Shown: one piece after another, positions 22,614 through 36,365 of the stretch
Layout of the letters: each line of letters begins with the position of its first letter
Numbering within the stretch: position 1 is the first letter of the stretch
Made by a program: the position numbers and the translations under genes
The notes under the pieces: generated by a model
The model's database searches: none
The model's input: only the letters and a program-made list of their open reading frames with translations
Told to the model about the DNA's origin: nothing
Assembly (NCBI RefSeq): GCF_000315625.1
Contig: NW_005434609.1
Location: 1-64,000 of the forward strand
Direction: 5' to 3'
Origin: Guillardia theta CCMP2712
Lineage: Eukaryota; Protista; Cryptophyta
Length of the DNA stretch: 64,000 nucleotides

Positions 22614-25600
22614 TCACTCTCCTTCAGATGCCGAATCCTCATGGTAGCTGACGCTCGAGGGATTCCGCAGTCGCAAGATCATCCCCCTTCCTCCTCCTCC
22701 TCCTCCTCTCTCTCCATTCGTCTTCCTGCTGCTTCGGCGGCCTCGATTGTGAACTGTCATATCTTCCTCCGAGTCTTCACTGTACCTCCTCGCCCGCTTT
22801 CGTTTCCTCGGCTCTTCCTCTTCGCTCTCTTCGCTCTCCTCGCTCGAGCTCGGGGCTGACCTTGTTTCCCTTCTTCCCTCCCGTCGCTGTCGTCTGCCGT
22901 TGCCTCCTCCTCGTCCCACCGCCTCTGCTACTCGTCTCTGAGCGAGTAAGGCGATGGCTCCTCGAAGGAACTCGATCGCCGTCTGATAGTAGACGCTGTC
23001 TGGCGGGTTGAACAAGCAGCAGTTGACACCGATGAGCAAGGAGTCAAGTAGCAGCAGCTCGCGTCGCTGGTACCTGTCCACATTTCAACGACGGCAGCTC
23101 CCCCCTCTCCCCTCCCTCACCTTCCATGCTCGGCTTGCTGCCTCATCGTCTGCAGGTCCATCGGCAGGCTGATCACCTCCCGGTAGGAGGGAACCTCGAG
23201 CAAGCTGACGGGGAGGAGGAAGACCTTGAGCTTGTCGAGCTCCTCCAGCTGTCGGAGCAGAGACTCGGTTTCTTGGCTGAGGCCCTCGGGACTCGCTCGG
23301 GACTCCAGCATGACGTTCCACTCTCGTACCTGATCTGCGAGCACCTTGATCCCCTTCCCACCCACTGACAGCGCTAAGGACGCGACCTTGCTGCCAGGCT
23401 CGTTGTAGATGAGCGCGTTGGCGAGGAGGAGGAGGAAGTCGGAGAAGAAGAGCAGCGGCTCTTGGTCGTAGCTGGACTCCTCCAGCTTTCTGCCCATGTC
23501 GTCGAAGCAGATGGGCGAGAGGATAAGCTTGCTGTAACCGGGAGCTATCTCGTCTGTCACCGCGTGGTGGAACACACGGTGCTTGTCCAACCCCTTCAAC
23601 TTCATCAGCTGCTTCACCAGCAGCTCTCGCCGTGCCAAGCTTGAGGAGCCTTCTTCCATGTCAGGAGCGCGGGAGGAGGAGGAGGAGGAGGCAGCGAGCA
23701 GGTTGGGAGAGGAGCTTTCAAGCTTGATGTGCTTCAAGTTCAGCTTGATCTTCAGCGGTGACCGCTCGCTCCGGGAGGACGCGACGAGAGGTAGCAAGTC
23801 GCGCTGACTTGCTACCTCGTTGCTGCTGCTTCCCTGAGCTGCTCCTCCCTCTCCCCCCCCGTCGTCGCTGCCACCTCCTTCTTCTGCTCTCTTCGGCTTG
23901 GGATCTTCACTTCCTCAAGCATCTTCCTCGCTGCGGACTCGAGGGCGTTGCCATGCTCGGCGCGACAGGCTTGATCGCAGAGGCAGTGGGACAGGAAGAG
24001 TGTGACCTGCATGCTTGCCTGGGAGACAGAGGCAGCGACAAGCTCATCCTCCAGCTCCTGCACGCTTATCCCTGCGTATGTCTCATCCCCTTCTGCCACA
24101 GGTGGGGAGGTGCTGAGGGAGCCGCCGCGTTCTCGAATGGCAGACAAGACTTTCTGCCAGCTCCCCTCCTCCATCGCTTCTTCTCTCCCCTCCACTTCCT
24201 CCTCTCCGCTCTGCAGTGACCTCGCCCGATGCACCAGCACACATGCGTCACGCAGCATGCTGCTGGCGTCTTCACGTTCATCCTTCTCCCGCAGGAAAAT
24301 CGCCAGGCAACCACGAAGCAGCAGGACACAAGCTTCCTGCAGGCTGGCAAACGACCCGAAGAGCAGCCGATGCTTCATGTCCCAGCTCTCCCGCGCCAAC
24401 TTCTGACTCTCCTCCGCTTCGTCCAGCTCCATCCCACCTCCACCGATCAGCCGCGCGTGCTTCCCTTCGAAGCTCGTCCACATGGCTCTCAGCGAGATCT
24501 TCCAGTGCCCTTCGCCGCACATCTTGACCAGGTAGCCTCCCTCCCACGCCTGCCACGTGCCATCTCCTTCCACCATCGCCTCCACTCCCTCCCCCACCAT
24601 CTGCGAGCACAGCAGCTTCGGGTCCCCCGGCGTCAAGAAGAGCCCAGCATTGCGGACGAGGCAGTGCAGGTCGTGGAGGAGCGCTTCCTTCCTGCGGTAG
24701 AAGCACTTCCTCAGTCGGCTGCTAATGATGTTGAGGCTGACGGGCAGCGGGACCCGCGACCAGACCAGCTCATCCTCACACCCCAGGAAGGGCTCAGCTG
24801 CCTCCGCCCTCATGAAGCCCTCGAGCAGGCGAGAGATCCGCAGCCGCTCAGCGTCGGAGAAGGAGGAGGAGATGCGAGGAGAGGAGCTCTCTTCCCCGAT
24901 CGGCATGATCTCCCAGGGCGAAACGCTCTCAAAGTCGTTCTTCTCCCCCTCCTCCTCCCGCTGCTCGCCGTCCCATTGCACCCTCAGGCACTGCCAGGGG
25001 CTGTCGGGAAAGTCTCGAGGATGGAAGGGCTCAATCCCCCGCACGGTCCCCGTGTAGGGAGTCTCCACATCCTCGAAGCGCATCTGGAACTTGTCGCCGA
25101 TACCGAAGACGGCGGAGTGGCGCTGGAAGCGATAGAGGGGGATGACGAACTCGGGCATGTGGGTCTTGCGGAAGCTGACGATGAAGGTCTGCAGGGCGAT
25201 GTCTTCCTCCGGCTCCTTCGCCTCCACGTCTCCGTCCTCAAAGTGCACGCGGTACGTCCTGTCGCCATGGTAGGCTTCGATCACCCCGTTGAACCGTGTT
25301 CCTCGCTTCCACCTCGCCTTGACCGGCTGCCCCACGGCGAACTTCTGAGAGCTCGAGCTCTTCTCCACGCTCAGCGGCATCCGGGCGAGGCTGAGAAGGC
25401 AGTAGATTGAGTTCTCAGCCTCCTCGTTGGCGGCGGGGAACATGTACTTGATGTCGACTATCTCGCAGTGCTCTGCTGCCTTCATATCTGGGTACTCCTC
25501 CCACGGCAGGTACGACCGCTGGCACTGCGCCTCCGGGAACTGACACAGCTGCTCCTCATGCCCCTGCCTGAAGTAGACGACAGCATCTCCCACCTGCGGC

Positions 25601-28002
25601 ACGTACGTCGTGTCCACATTCTGCGGAGGCTCCACCGCTAGCAGCCAATCTCGCGATCTCGCCGCGTTCTTGGCGAGCTCATGCGAGCTGTACCCTCGCC
25701 GCCTCATCGCCTGCTCGGGCTGCCAACCTGACTTGATGAAGTCACGAGAAACCTTCGCCTTGGGGAGGACAAAGAGCTCCGAGTCCGACAGCTCCTCTCC
25801 GTCCTCCATCTCCTCCCCATCCCCCCCCTGCATCTTGTTCTGACTTCGCCTCTGCGCTCGGCTTGCCCGCTGCTCCCGCTGCTCGCGAGACCTCTTCAGC
25901 TTTCGCTTGCTCTCCTTCGAGTCCAGGTGAAAGTCTCTGTCGAGACTAGCGTCCTCCTCCTCACTCTCTGAATCCTCCGCGCTCAAGCTGCCTGGAGAGA
26001 ATTCGCGCTCGTTGGGGTCGTCGGAGTGATGGAAGAGGAGGAGGTCGTCCTCGAGGATCTCGTCGGGCAGGTGCACGTAGGTGGGGACGGCCAAGGAGGA
26101 CAAGCTTGCTGCCTGACTCATCCACGTCGCCTGCCCCTCCATCCCCGCGTTCACATTGCCGAAGCGATCGCAGAGGCAGCCGGGGGGCAGGAGGTGAGGA
26201 GGAACCTGAGCTTGCAGGTCGATCACGTTGTGCTGGACGTCCATGGAGAGCTCGCCGAAGTCGGTCTGAAAGAACTGCTCTCGAGCTGTTCGCGCGAGGT
26301 TCTCGCTGTAGTTTCCACAGGTGAGGATGGAGAAGTGGCCGTTCTTGTGGGTGAGCACCAGCGAGGTCCCGTCGGGGTGCCACTTTCCCTCGAGGATGTC
26401 CGATGTACGTGCGTCGAAGTCGATGGGGCTCAGTCGATCGTCCAAGGGGAAGCGAATGTGAAACTCTTTGATGGCCTTCCCTCCCACGATGTCCCACAGC
26501 ACGACTCGCGCGTCGTATCCTGCCGTCGCCATCACGCGAGGGTCGGAGGGATGGGCCTCCACTACGAACACTGGCTGCTCGTGCGCATCCCTGAGGTTGT
26601 GGATCAGTTCTCCCGTGTCGACCGCCCAGATCTTGATCCTGCAAAGCCACTTGTTGTCTTTGCGCTTCTTCTCCAGCGACTGAGAGCTGATGACCTTGGA
26701 GCCGTCGGAGGACAGGCTCACCATGTTCACCTTCACTCGCTCCACCGAGCGGCCCGTCTGCTGCTCCTCTCCCTGTCGCAGGTTGAGGATCCGCTGATCC
26801 ACCAGCGTCAGAAACTTGTCGGTGCGCCAGATCCGCACGGTTCCGTCGAGCGACCCAGACACGATGAGGTTGCCGGAGGCGTTGCTGGTGATGTACTCCA
26901 CGCGGTCCATGTGGCCGTTCCAGCGGATGGGGCGAGAGATCTTGGAGTTGAGGAGGTAGATACGGATCATCCGGTCCGAGCACCCGACAGCCACCCAGCT
27001 TCCCCACCGATGGATCGTCGCGCAGAGGATCTCCGGGGCCTTGCGAGGAGGGTGAGGGCCGGGGGGCACCTGAGCCTCAGACGTCAGGAAGACTCGGGAG
27101 GAGAAGGAGGAGCCGTCGGAGGAGATCTTCCATTCCCTCAGCGCGCCATCGTGACCCCACGAGTAGAGCGACTGCGACAGGTCCGCGTGCATCGCCCAAG
27201 AGAACCGAACGTTTGCTATCACCTGCTGATGCCCTGGGAGGACGAAGGCAGGGACGCCGTTGTGCAGCCACCAGATCCGCACGTCCAGGTCGTTTCCAGC
27301 TGAGGCGAGGAAGCGGTTGTCGCAGGAGACAGACAAGTCGACTATGTCGCTCACGTGCCCCCTCATCGTCCTCACCAGGCAGCAAGTCCTCGAGTTCCAC
27401 ACCTTGATCAGCTTGTCGTCGGAGCCCGTCACGAAGAGGCGGCCGGTCTTGTCGAACACGAGGCAGTAGACGGCACAGAAGTGACCCATCACTCTCGCCT
27501 GCAGCTCCAGATGCTGGTAGAAGTGCGGCCTCCACATCCCCCTCACGCTGAACCTGTTCCCCATCTCCCTCCCCTGCAACTGGATCAGCTCGTTCGCAAC
27601 GGTCCGGCTCCTCAAGAAGTTTCCGTGCGCTCTGCAGGAGGGCATAGGGGAGTCTGTGCGCTGTGGCTTGCGGAAGAGCGTGGGAGGAAGGAGGCCTTGC
27701 TGGGGGGTGAGCGAGGAGAGGGTGAAGGAGAGCAGGTGTTGGAGGTGGGAAGAGCCCACATGAGGAGCGAGTCTGCACATGTCTCGGAACGAGGCAAACC
27801 TCCTCGTGCCTGTCCAGCTCACAGTCTCACCGAACACTCCCAGCCTGTTCGCCTCCTGCTCCAGAGCTGCGGCTGCCTGCTGGCACGGGGATCCTCGGAG
27901 GGCATGGAGCATGAGAAAGATCATTTCTCCTTGCATCTGCTGCTGCTGAAAGGAGGCCAAAGGCTCCTGCTCCTGCTCCTCCATTCTGCTCCTCTCCCTC
28001 CA

Positions 28003-28037
<35 letters not shown>

Positions 28038-28077
28038 CCATGGGCTCCATCAACCTTGCCAAACCCGATCTCCTCAT
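22614..28077 (-). CDS. PHIP: Bromodomain and WD-repeat protein (BRWD1/PHIP family)
   Basis: N-terminal E..FL....L..SPC..AA..L..E; GHFCAVYCLVFDKTG...TGSDDKLIKVW WD40 repeats; EQFFQTDF; YVPQVGDAVVYFRQGHE; FPDSPWQCLRVQW; bromodomain exons (APGYSKLI..P.., NALIYN; VPSYREVI..PMDL, NCCLFN). Exact start and stop uncertain. Confidence 0.92.
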
Positions 28078-28758
28078 TTCACCATCGTTGGTAGGAAGGG
28101 AACCATCGGAGGGTGGGGTGATGTGAGGTTCCAACCAGGGGTAGTGTCCTACACTTTGTACCAGAGGGTGGGTATTTCAAATATATTCGAGGAAGAGAGA
28201 AAAGGAGGGGTACATGTAGGTATTTACAGGGGTGGTTGGGGTCTTGAGTAATATGAACTGGGGTAGCAATGCTGATTGTAACGAGCCACAACGATCATAA
28301 CGGAATGAAACCGTCAAAATGCTCCATGAAGCTGTTGTCATGATGATGGTGTTGACGTTCTTGTACATGGGAAGCAGGTGGGGAGGAGGAGGAGGAGGAG
28401 GAGGAGGAGGAGGAGGAGGAGGAGGAGGAGGAGGAGAGAGGGAGGATGGATGAGGGGGATGAAAGCTGCGAGGGAAGAGGGATCTTGTTATGTCTAGGAT
28501 GACTTGCTTGTTTGGGGCAGGATGTTTCGTAGAGCCATCGCAAGTCAAGAGCTCACAAGCATGGGCTCGACCCAGCGCAAGAGCTATGGCGCCAGTGCCT
28601 CCAGCAGCAGCGTCGTGTGACGCACTCAGAGATGGTCTGCAGTTTCTTGAAGCCTCGTGACTGCCGACCAAATGAGACGACGACTGCACTACCAGCCGCA
28701 TCCTCCTCCTAGCACTTGCTTGCCCTTCTGACCCCTGCGGTTTCTTTTCAGACCCAGC

Positions 28759-31008
28759 ATGGCGATATCAAGTGTCGGCAGAGCTTTTCTCTCCTTGCTC
28801 GCTCTCTTGTTGCACTTAGCTCAGATCTCGGCGGAAGAGAAAGTCCAGGACGAGACCTCCGACCCTGCTGAGCTTCTCGAGCGAGGAAAGCTGTGGTACT
28901 TTGAAGCAGCAGCCTCCAGGAGCGAGGCTCAAGCCTTGTGGTCCATGAGATACCTCAAGAAGTGCATCTCCGAGCTTGAGAGACCCTCCTCCTCCTCCTC
29001 CTCCTCTCCCGATCATTCCAACAAACATTGGAGGAGACGAGACCTACACGCCTCTAGGACGAGGCTTGCAGCAGCATACTACTACCTGGGAGCGAACCTC
29101 CGAATGCTGGAGAGGAACGAGGAAGCGCGATCGGCGCTGCATCAAGTCAAGATGATGATGCCCAAGTCTCTTGCTACACACGCACAGCTCGGGGCCTTGG
29201 AGGAAGAGCTTCATAACTGGACAGCAGCAGAGGAGGCGTATGAAGCCTGGAGCATGCTCGCACCGCGCACTGTCAAGGCTCTGAACGCGTTAGGATGGGT
29301 CAAGTTCCGCGCGGGTAAGTCACAGGAGGCAGTCGGCTTGTTCATGCAGGCAGCGCGACTGCGTCCCGATGACCCTGAGACTTTCTACACGCTCGCTCGA
29401 GGTGCGGAGCTCTACGGAGGCGAATCGACAGAGTTTTACAGTGCGAGTGTGGTACCCAACTTCACGAGAGCGTACTGGTTGTCCTCCAAATCGTGGGCGA
29501 GTCGAATGTGCAAGCGGCTGGATAACAGCAGGCCTGAGGACCCGACTAGGTGTGAGGAGCCTGCAGTTGTAGAGCGCTGGAGAGAGGAGAAGCATAACCG
29601 CATCACCTCTGTCGCCACCCTGAGCGCTGGAGGGTTTGATTACGGAGCAGAGGAGGAGGCGACGTCAGACAGCTTTGAGCCGGGCAAGGAGGCGATAGGC
29701 CGAGCAGCCTTCGAGTGGGGGAGGAGGCAGAAGTACAGGGAGCGAGAGGTTGTACACGTCACGCTCAGAAACGTCTACGTGAGCGGCAACGACGCGGTGA
29801 TATGGGATGAGGTCAGTCTGTAGGAAGTGGCTGCTTGTTCCTTACCCTTCCCATGGCAGGAGGGCCGAGTGTACGCGACCCATCAAGGTGTTCAGATCCC
29901 ATTGTACGCGAACCTCCCCAGTGCTCGATGCCCTCCGGCCAACAGCTCAACCCCGAGGCTGAGCGAGACTCTCCTCCTCTCGCTCGCCTTCGGCCCTGGG
30001 TGCCTCCTCCTCCCGTTGCTTCTGCCCTGCTGAATATCCTCAGGTTCTATCACTGGCTGGTGGACGCCATGCCTCGAGCGTGTCTCGCCCTCCCCCGCAT
30101 CTCTCCCTCCTCCACTGTGCTGGTGCCTTCCGACTACGGTGCCTTCCACTCCTTCATCCTCGAGCTCCTCCGCCTCCTGGGCATCCCCCGTGAGAGGATC
30201 ACTCCCTACAACATCGTGGCGCAGCATCAGGGGGAGGAAGAATCCTCCTGCGCTCGCGTGTGGGTGGAGAAGCTTCATGTGGTCGACTGGAGGAAGGGAG
30301 CGGAGGACACACGGTCAGTGCTGGAGCTGCTGCTACAGGTCTCCTGACGCTCTTGCAGCCTCGACACTCACCATCTTCCTCCCCGTCACGCCATGAGGAG
30401 CCTGCGAGCGACTATGCTGACCCGTCTCGGACTCCTTGACGTGGACCAGGCGGGTAGATGGCCGCACGTGATGATTTACGTCACGCGACGAAAGTCGCAA
30501 GACCGACGGGTGGCGAACGAGGAGGAAGTGAAGCGAACGATGGAGGAGGAGGTGAGAGAAGCCTGTAGGAGGAGCAGAAGAGATAGAGAATGGAGGAGAA
30601 TTTGAAGAGTGCGATAGGAGAGGGGGGAAGAGCAGGATAGAGAGGATGGGAAGGGGAGGGTAGAGGAGGTGGTGGTTCTGCGTCTAAACGAACAGTTTCA
30701 CTGACTCTTTCCTCGTAGAACTCATTGCGTCTTCCTCTCGTCCTTCACTCAGACGCTCCTCGTTCTCCCTCCATGAAAGAGGTAAGAGGCTCCTGCTCCT
30801 GCTCTGACCCTGACTTGCCTCCTCGAGACGGTTGAGAAGTTTTCAAGAGCTCTCGTGGTGGTCGGCATGCATGGAGCAGGACTCGCCAACGCCATCTTCG
30901 CTCAGGTGAAGCTCAAGACCTTGGCTGGTCCTGCTTGACTTCCCTCGCTTTAGGATGGGACCCACCTGGTCGAATTCTCCCTCGCAGAGCCCGGAACGTA
31001 TGATCCTC

Positions 31009-31049
<41 letters not shown>

Positions 31050-31353
31050 CTTGCTGAGCCGGGAGCGTATGTTCCTCACCTGCTCCTGCTCTCACACTTT
31101 CTGTCCCTACCCTCTGACCTCCTCGCAGGCATTGCTACGCGCATCTGGCCATGGCGATGGGGTTCGTCTACTGGCAGGTCGGGCTCAAGGACGGGGACAG
31201 CGCTCATGGTCGCCGGTGAGTGAACTTACTGTCAGGAATGAGGAAGAGGGAGACGAGGAGGAGTTGACAACTAGCTCCGAAAGGTACTCGCATGTGTCGG
31301 CGGAAGAGCTCAGGTCTGTTCTCCAGCGGATCCCCAGGAGAAACCCCAGCTGA
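28759..31353 (+). CDS. Signal-peptide TPR-repeat + glycosyltransferase family 61 (DUF563) protein, multi-exon
   Basis: Hydrophobic N-terminus, TPR-like helices, FYHWLVDAMPR, RRKSQDRRVANEEE, VVVGMHGAGLANAIF. Confidence 0.85.
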
Positions 31354-31507
31354 CCCTCCTGTCGGGGAGCCGGGCCAGGCGAGTCGTTCTGGTTTTTCTT
31401 TTTTTCTTTTACACACTAAAAAAACGATCCGACCTACCATGGTGTTGAACCGAACCCACCGCTGCTGCTCCCCCTGCTGCTGCTCCTAGAAGTCTTGAGG
31501 TCCCGCT

Positions 31508-31631
31508 AGACCCTTCCTCTCCGCTCTCTCATAGGAGACCCTTCCTCTCCGCTCTCTCATAGGAGACCCTTCCTCTCCGCTCTCTCATAGGAGACCCTTC
31601 CTCTCCGCTCTCTCATAGGAGACCCTTCCTC
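31508..31631. repeat. 28-bp tandem repeat AGACCCTTCCTCTCCGCTCTCTCATAGG, 4 full copies plus partial
   Basis: Units start at 31508, 31536, 31564, 31592, 31620. Confidence 0.95.
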
Positions 31632-31763
31632 CCTGCTATCCGACAGGCTTCAGCTTCATTCGCTTCACTCCAGGAATGTTTGAGCTCCCTGTCCCACCAG
31701 TCACCTTAGAGCTCCTGCTATCGAGGGCTCGACCCGTCTTCCAGTAAGTGCTATGAGTCCAGG

Positions 31764-33266
31764 ATGATCGCTAGGGAGACTTTCACAACCAGCAAGACGC
31801 TACTGGCTGCGATGATTCTTAGCATGGCAATGTCAGGCCATACCCACACCTGTCAGAGCTCCTTGACAGGCTGTCTTTTGCTCGTTCGCAGCCCTCAGTC
31901 CGTCTGCCTTCACCTGAGAGGAGGGAGGAGCCCCAACACTGCCCCCCGGACTCCCCACCCGAACCCATCCAGCGCGGAAGCGACCAACAGCGGCGAGCAG
32001 GTAGGAACTGACCGCGGCTGGGCTGGGGATGCTGATGGGTGAGGTTCAGAACTCTGAGACGTCTTACGAGGAGAGCGGAAGGAGAGGACTGGCCGCTCGA
32101 CGCAGCGACGTTGGAAGATCGCTGACTTACGCGCACGAGGCCGGGTCATCAGGATACGACATAGTCGTAGAAGATGAGGACGAGGGAAGGCAAGAGGAAG
32201 GAGAGGAGGGCGATGGTGAGGAGGGAGACGAGGAGGAGGAGGAGGAAGGGAGGAGGAAGGGGAGGAGGAGGAAATGGATGTAGACGGCGAGGATGAAGAA
32301 GGCTATGATTCGGAGGATGAATTTGTGGAGAACGAGGGGGAGCCAGGCTCTGCTTTGTACCTCCGATCCCCCCGCGGCTCCTTGTACGAGACTCACGTGT
32401 CATCCGGTGAGGCCTGGAGGAGGAGGCGAGGACTGATGAGAGCATAGAATGGAGCCAGAGCCTTGACCTCAACGGAGAGGAGAGCGGCGAGGAGGAGGAA
32501 CGCCCATACCAGAGGCACGACCAGCTCGTGCGCAGGAGGATAAGGAGGCGAGTGAAAGTCGGAGGTTGAGGAGGAGGTTGACTGGCAGCCTTCAGGTTTG
32601 GACGGAGAAGCCACGCAGGATATGGCAGACGACGAGCTGGTGAGGAGGTGGAAGGGTCGGAGGACGCTAAGAGGCTGTGCAGGAAGAGTCTCAAGGGAGA
32701 ACAGATTCAGAACCATCTCTCTTACCCTCAGCCCTGTGCTGGGTGATGAGCTTGCAATGTCTCCTCTTCCTCTGACTCAGTGGTAGATCGCTCGCGTCGC
32801 TCCGTCCCCCTCTTGTACAACAGCTCCAGCCTCGCTCCTGTACGTGCTTGTGTTGCCTCCTCCTGCTCCTCCTCTTTGTCTGACAGGAGGAGCAGAGGAA
32901 TTGGCTGCTTCTCGACAATCATCGCTTGCGGTGGGTGAGGTAGCAGAGGGCGAGGAAGATGACACAAGCATAGTCACGCCACCATCGTCGGAGAGGGGAG
33001 GAGAGAGTCGGCCGGTCAGGAGCAGCGCGAGGAGCTTGAAGCCGAACGGGAGTGGCAAGGAAGAGAAACTGGCGCTGCTGTCCGTGAGAGCTCGTGGCAG
33101 GGACGTTCTGAATGAGTCGAGCGTGCAAGGGAATCGCAGCGAAGAGGCGGTAAGAGGAGGGAAGGAGAAAGAGAAGGAAAGAGGAAGGAGAAAGAGACGG
33201 AACGAGGAAGGAGAGTCTATCTATGAGTGCCGGGGGGGGGAGGGGGGGGAGGGCGGCAAAAGGTGA
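31764..33266 (+). CDS. Hypothetical acidic protein with signal-like N-terminus and LHLRGG motif
   Basis: MIARET...LLAAMILSMAMSG...VCLHLRGGRS followed by acidic exons; 3' structure and stop uncertain. Confidence 0.45.
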
Positions 33267-33529
33267 GGAAGAGGAGGAGAGGCAGAAGGTTGGAAAGGTC
33301 GAGAGACGATGAGAGAAGGATCACAAGGTAGATGAATCAGTGACGACAACTGCACAGATTCATCAGAGGCCGGCGGCATGTGCAGGTTTGGTGGTGGTTG
33401 TAATGATGATGATGTTGATGATGTTGATGATGTTGATGATGACGATGACGACGATGACGATGACAATGACGACGACAGAAACTATGGTTGTAGTGATGAT
33501 GCTGTAACAATGATAAGGAGGACAAGGTT

Positions 33530-34337
33530 TAAAGTTGGTAGGTCGAGCTGGGAAGGCGAAGCACTTGGTGGCGCCTGGACGTCTACTGAACAACTCATAT
33601 CTTCCCGTCGAGCATCTCCCGAGCATCGCTGACCACCTTGTCTCTTGCTCACCTCCTCCTTCTCCTCTCACACAAGCTCGTGCAGGGAGTTCTTGTATCT
33701 GCCAAGCTTGTTTCATGCTCGGTTGACAGGATCAGCGATGAAGGTAATGCTGCAACCATGCGACAAGTAGGTGTGATCCTCTGCCTCCTCCAGTCAACGT
33801 CTCCTACTTGGCTCCCCTCCTTGCTCAAGGCGTCCAAGAGTCGCTCCGTGAGAGCCTCCTGAAGCTGCACGTGAAGATGAAAGCTTCGCAGAAAACATGA
33901 CGACGAATAGCAAGCTGAGAATGCAGAAAGCGACGGCAAACACCATATGTGAGGAGGCAGACGAAGAGTTGGGGAGAGGGGCAAGGAGAAGGAGGAGCCG
34001 CAGGAAGAGCGTGATGAGCAATGGTTGAGCAGAAGCAGGCCGAGAGAACGAGGACGAGGAGCAGGAAACGGAATGCTGACGAGTTTTCATGTACATCAGG
34101 CTACAGCAGTCCTCACCGAGCTTGTGTCGAGACTTCTCTGGAGCTTCTGCGGCTGCTCAATCTTGACCCGGCAGAGAGGCGTAAGATAGAAGGAAGAGGA
34201 GGAGCATGCTTGACGGTTTCCTCCTAGTCCTCGTCTCTGGTCGCCTGCAGGCTCGTCGCTGGGGGTCACTTGAGGTGCCTCACGCCTCCTCCTTCCTCTC
34301 CTCGTCCTCCCCCCTCCTCATCCACCACCACCAAGTC

Positions 34338-34391
<54 letters not shown>

Positions 34392-36365
34392 TCACACGTG
34401 GCAGGGACTGTCGGCATCGAGGCTACACGGGGTGAGACTTAATGCGAGCAGGAAGCTCACGACTGAACCTACCCTCCACCTGCTCTCCTCCACCTGCTCT
34501 CCTCCTGCTCTCCTCCTGCTCTCCTCCTGCTCTTCTTCTCTCACTTCTGCCTCTTTCCTCGCTTTCAGAAGCACTCACTTGAAGACAACGGAGTAGAGAG
34601 CGAAAAGGTTGTTAGAGGAAGGAGGAGAACGAGAGAGCAAGGCGATCATGGTGGTGGTGGTGATGATGACAACGATGATGAGGAGGGGGAAGAGGAGGAG
34701 GAGGAGGAGGCGGGGGGTGGGGGGGAGGGAGGCGAGTTACTTTCTCAGTCGCTTCTTCACAGGCCTTGAGGAATCGCCTGCAGGATTGGTTGCGCGAAGT
34801 CGAATCGACCTACAAGGTGAGGGGGGAGGAGGGGAGGAGGGGAGGAGGGAGACAGCTGAGAATCCAGCAGGGACTGAAGGTCATCGTCGTCGCCTGCCCT
34901 CACATTGTCCAGGTCGACCAGATTTCTCAGCTGCCAGAGTTTGACAGCCCAGCAGGAGTTGTGTCACCTTTGCCGCACGTCGAAAGTTGTAGCCGAGCAC
35001 AACGTTACCTGTGAAGGTTGAAAGACAGGAGACTGCGAGCACAACTTTACTGTTACAGATGCTGGTGTAGAGTACTAGGAGGAGAGACAGAGAGGGAGGG
35101 AGGGAGGGAGGGAGGGAGGGAGGGAGGAGTACATATGTGACATGAAAGAATAATTTGACTTCCTGTGCTCATGTGTGAACTTGAATCATGTGCATCTCGC
35201 CTTCGCGAGAGCTGCTTGAAACCAAAATCGCCTTGCGGGGGAGAGAGCCTTGACGGACCAGTGCTCGATCTCCGATGCCGTCGGCATGAAGGCGGCATGA
35301 AGCTCCTTAGGAAGAGGCGAGTGATGTCGCTCTCTATGCGCATAGTGCGCGAGCATCTCGCTTCTGGAGCAAGGGAGTTCACGAGAGCCGCCGGGGGACT
35401 TCTCCATGCTCGAGTCTTGAGGAGGCTGAGAGAGGGCGCGCGGAGTTCGTCGAGGTGTGATGGTCTGCTGCTCTTGCGGCATCGGAGGACAACTCTCGTT
35501 TCTCACTCGCGATAGCTTGGAAGGGCTCCTCACCGGCCGGAGCTCCAGCAGCGACGGGGAGCGGCGGGGCTATCACTCCATTGTCTCATCCTCTGCTCCC
35601 TCGCGCGAGCATGCGGAGTCTTGGGCATGGAGGGCGTCTGAGCACACGTCAGTAGCCGCTGCGAGCAAGTCAACGACAGCTTCTGCACACATACCTGGGT
35701 GTACGCATGCCGCACCGGCGCTTGGCTCGGCACAAGGTCAGGTTGTCTAGGAGATTTCGGGGATCGTTTCATGCTTGGCTTCAAGTCAGAAAAGACGGGC
35801 TGCTGCCTCCTCGACGATGAACGCGGGCTCTCGCTATGCTGGCGGACCTCGATGTCCGAGGAGAACTTGCCGTTCATCCTGGTCTGTTTGTGCCCCTCCC
35901 TCGTGCTTCCGTCACCCCGTCGAGTATCCTCTCTTGTCTCCTGTGGATCATTTTCAATCTCTGTGATTTCTCTAGTTCTCTTCGGAAGCAACTTAGAATC
36001 GAGGTCATCCTGCTTGTCCGACAAGTAGCCCAAGACTGCCTCAACTTCGACATTTTCGGACTTGTTCAACATTTCTTTCATCAACATCTTCTCCTCTCGC
36101 CGCAGTTTCTTCCTGTCAGTCCTGTAGTCCATCAGGTCCTTGTTGTCCGGGTAGATGCCAGAGCCTATGAGCTGCAAGAAATCAGCATCATCAACATAAC
36201 CATCTCATCGCAGACTTCCTCTCCTCATACCACATCCGACTCAGTCTCGCTCCTTCCCTTCTCAGCATGTTCTCTTCCTCGCCTCATGCTCACCTCCTCC
36301 TCCAGCATCTTCAGCTGCTGTTGCCTCCTTCTGTTCATCGTCAACTTCAACCGCAGCGACGCCAT
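33530..36365 (-). CDS. Hypothetical multi-exon protein
   Basis: MASLRLKLTMNRRR... first exon, long exon LIGSGIYPDNKDLMDY..., further GT-AG bounded exons; no family recognised, 3' end approximate. Confidence 0.5.

Noticed and set aside
24229-28251. Long + strand ORFs opposite BRWD (and opposite the C2 gene at 56259-57503)
   Set aside because: Antisense shadows of GC3-rich coding sequence
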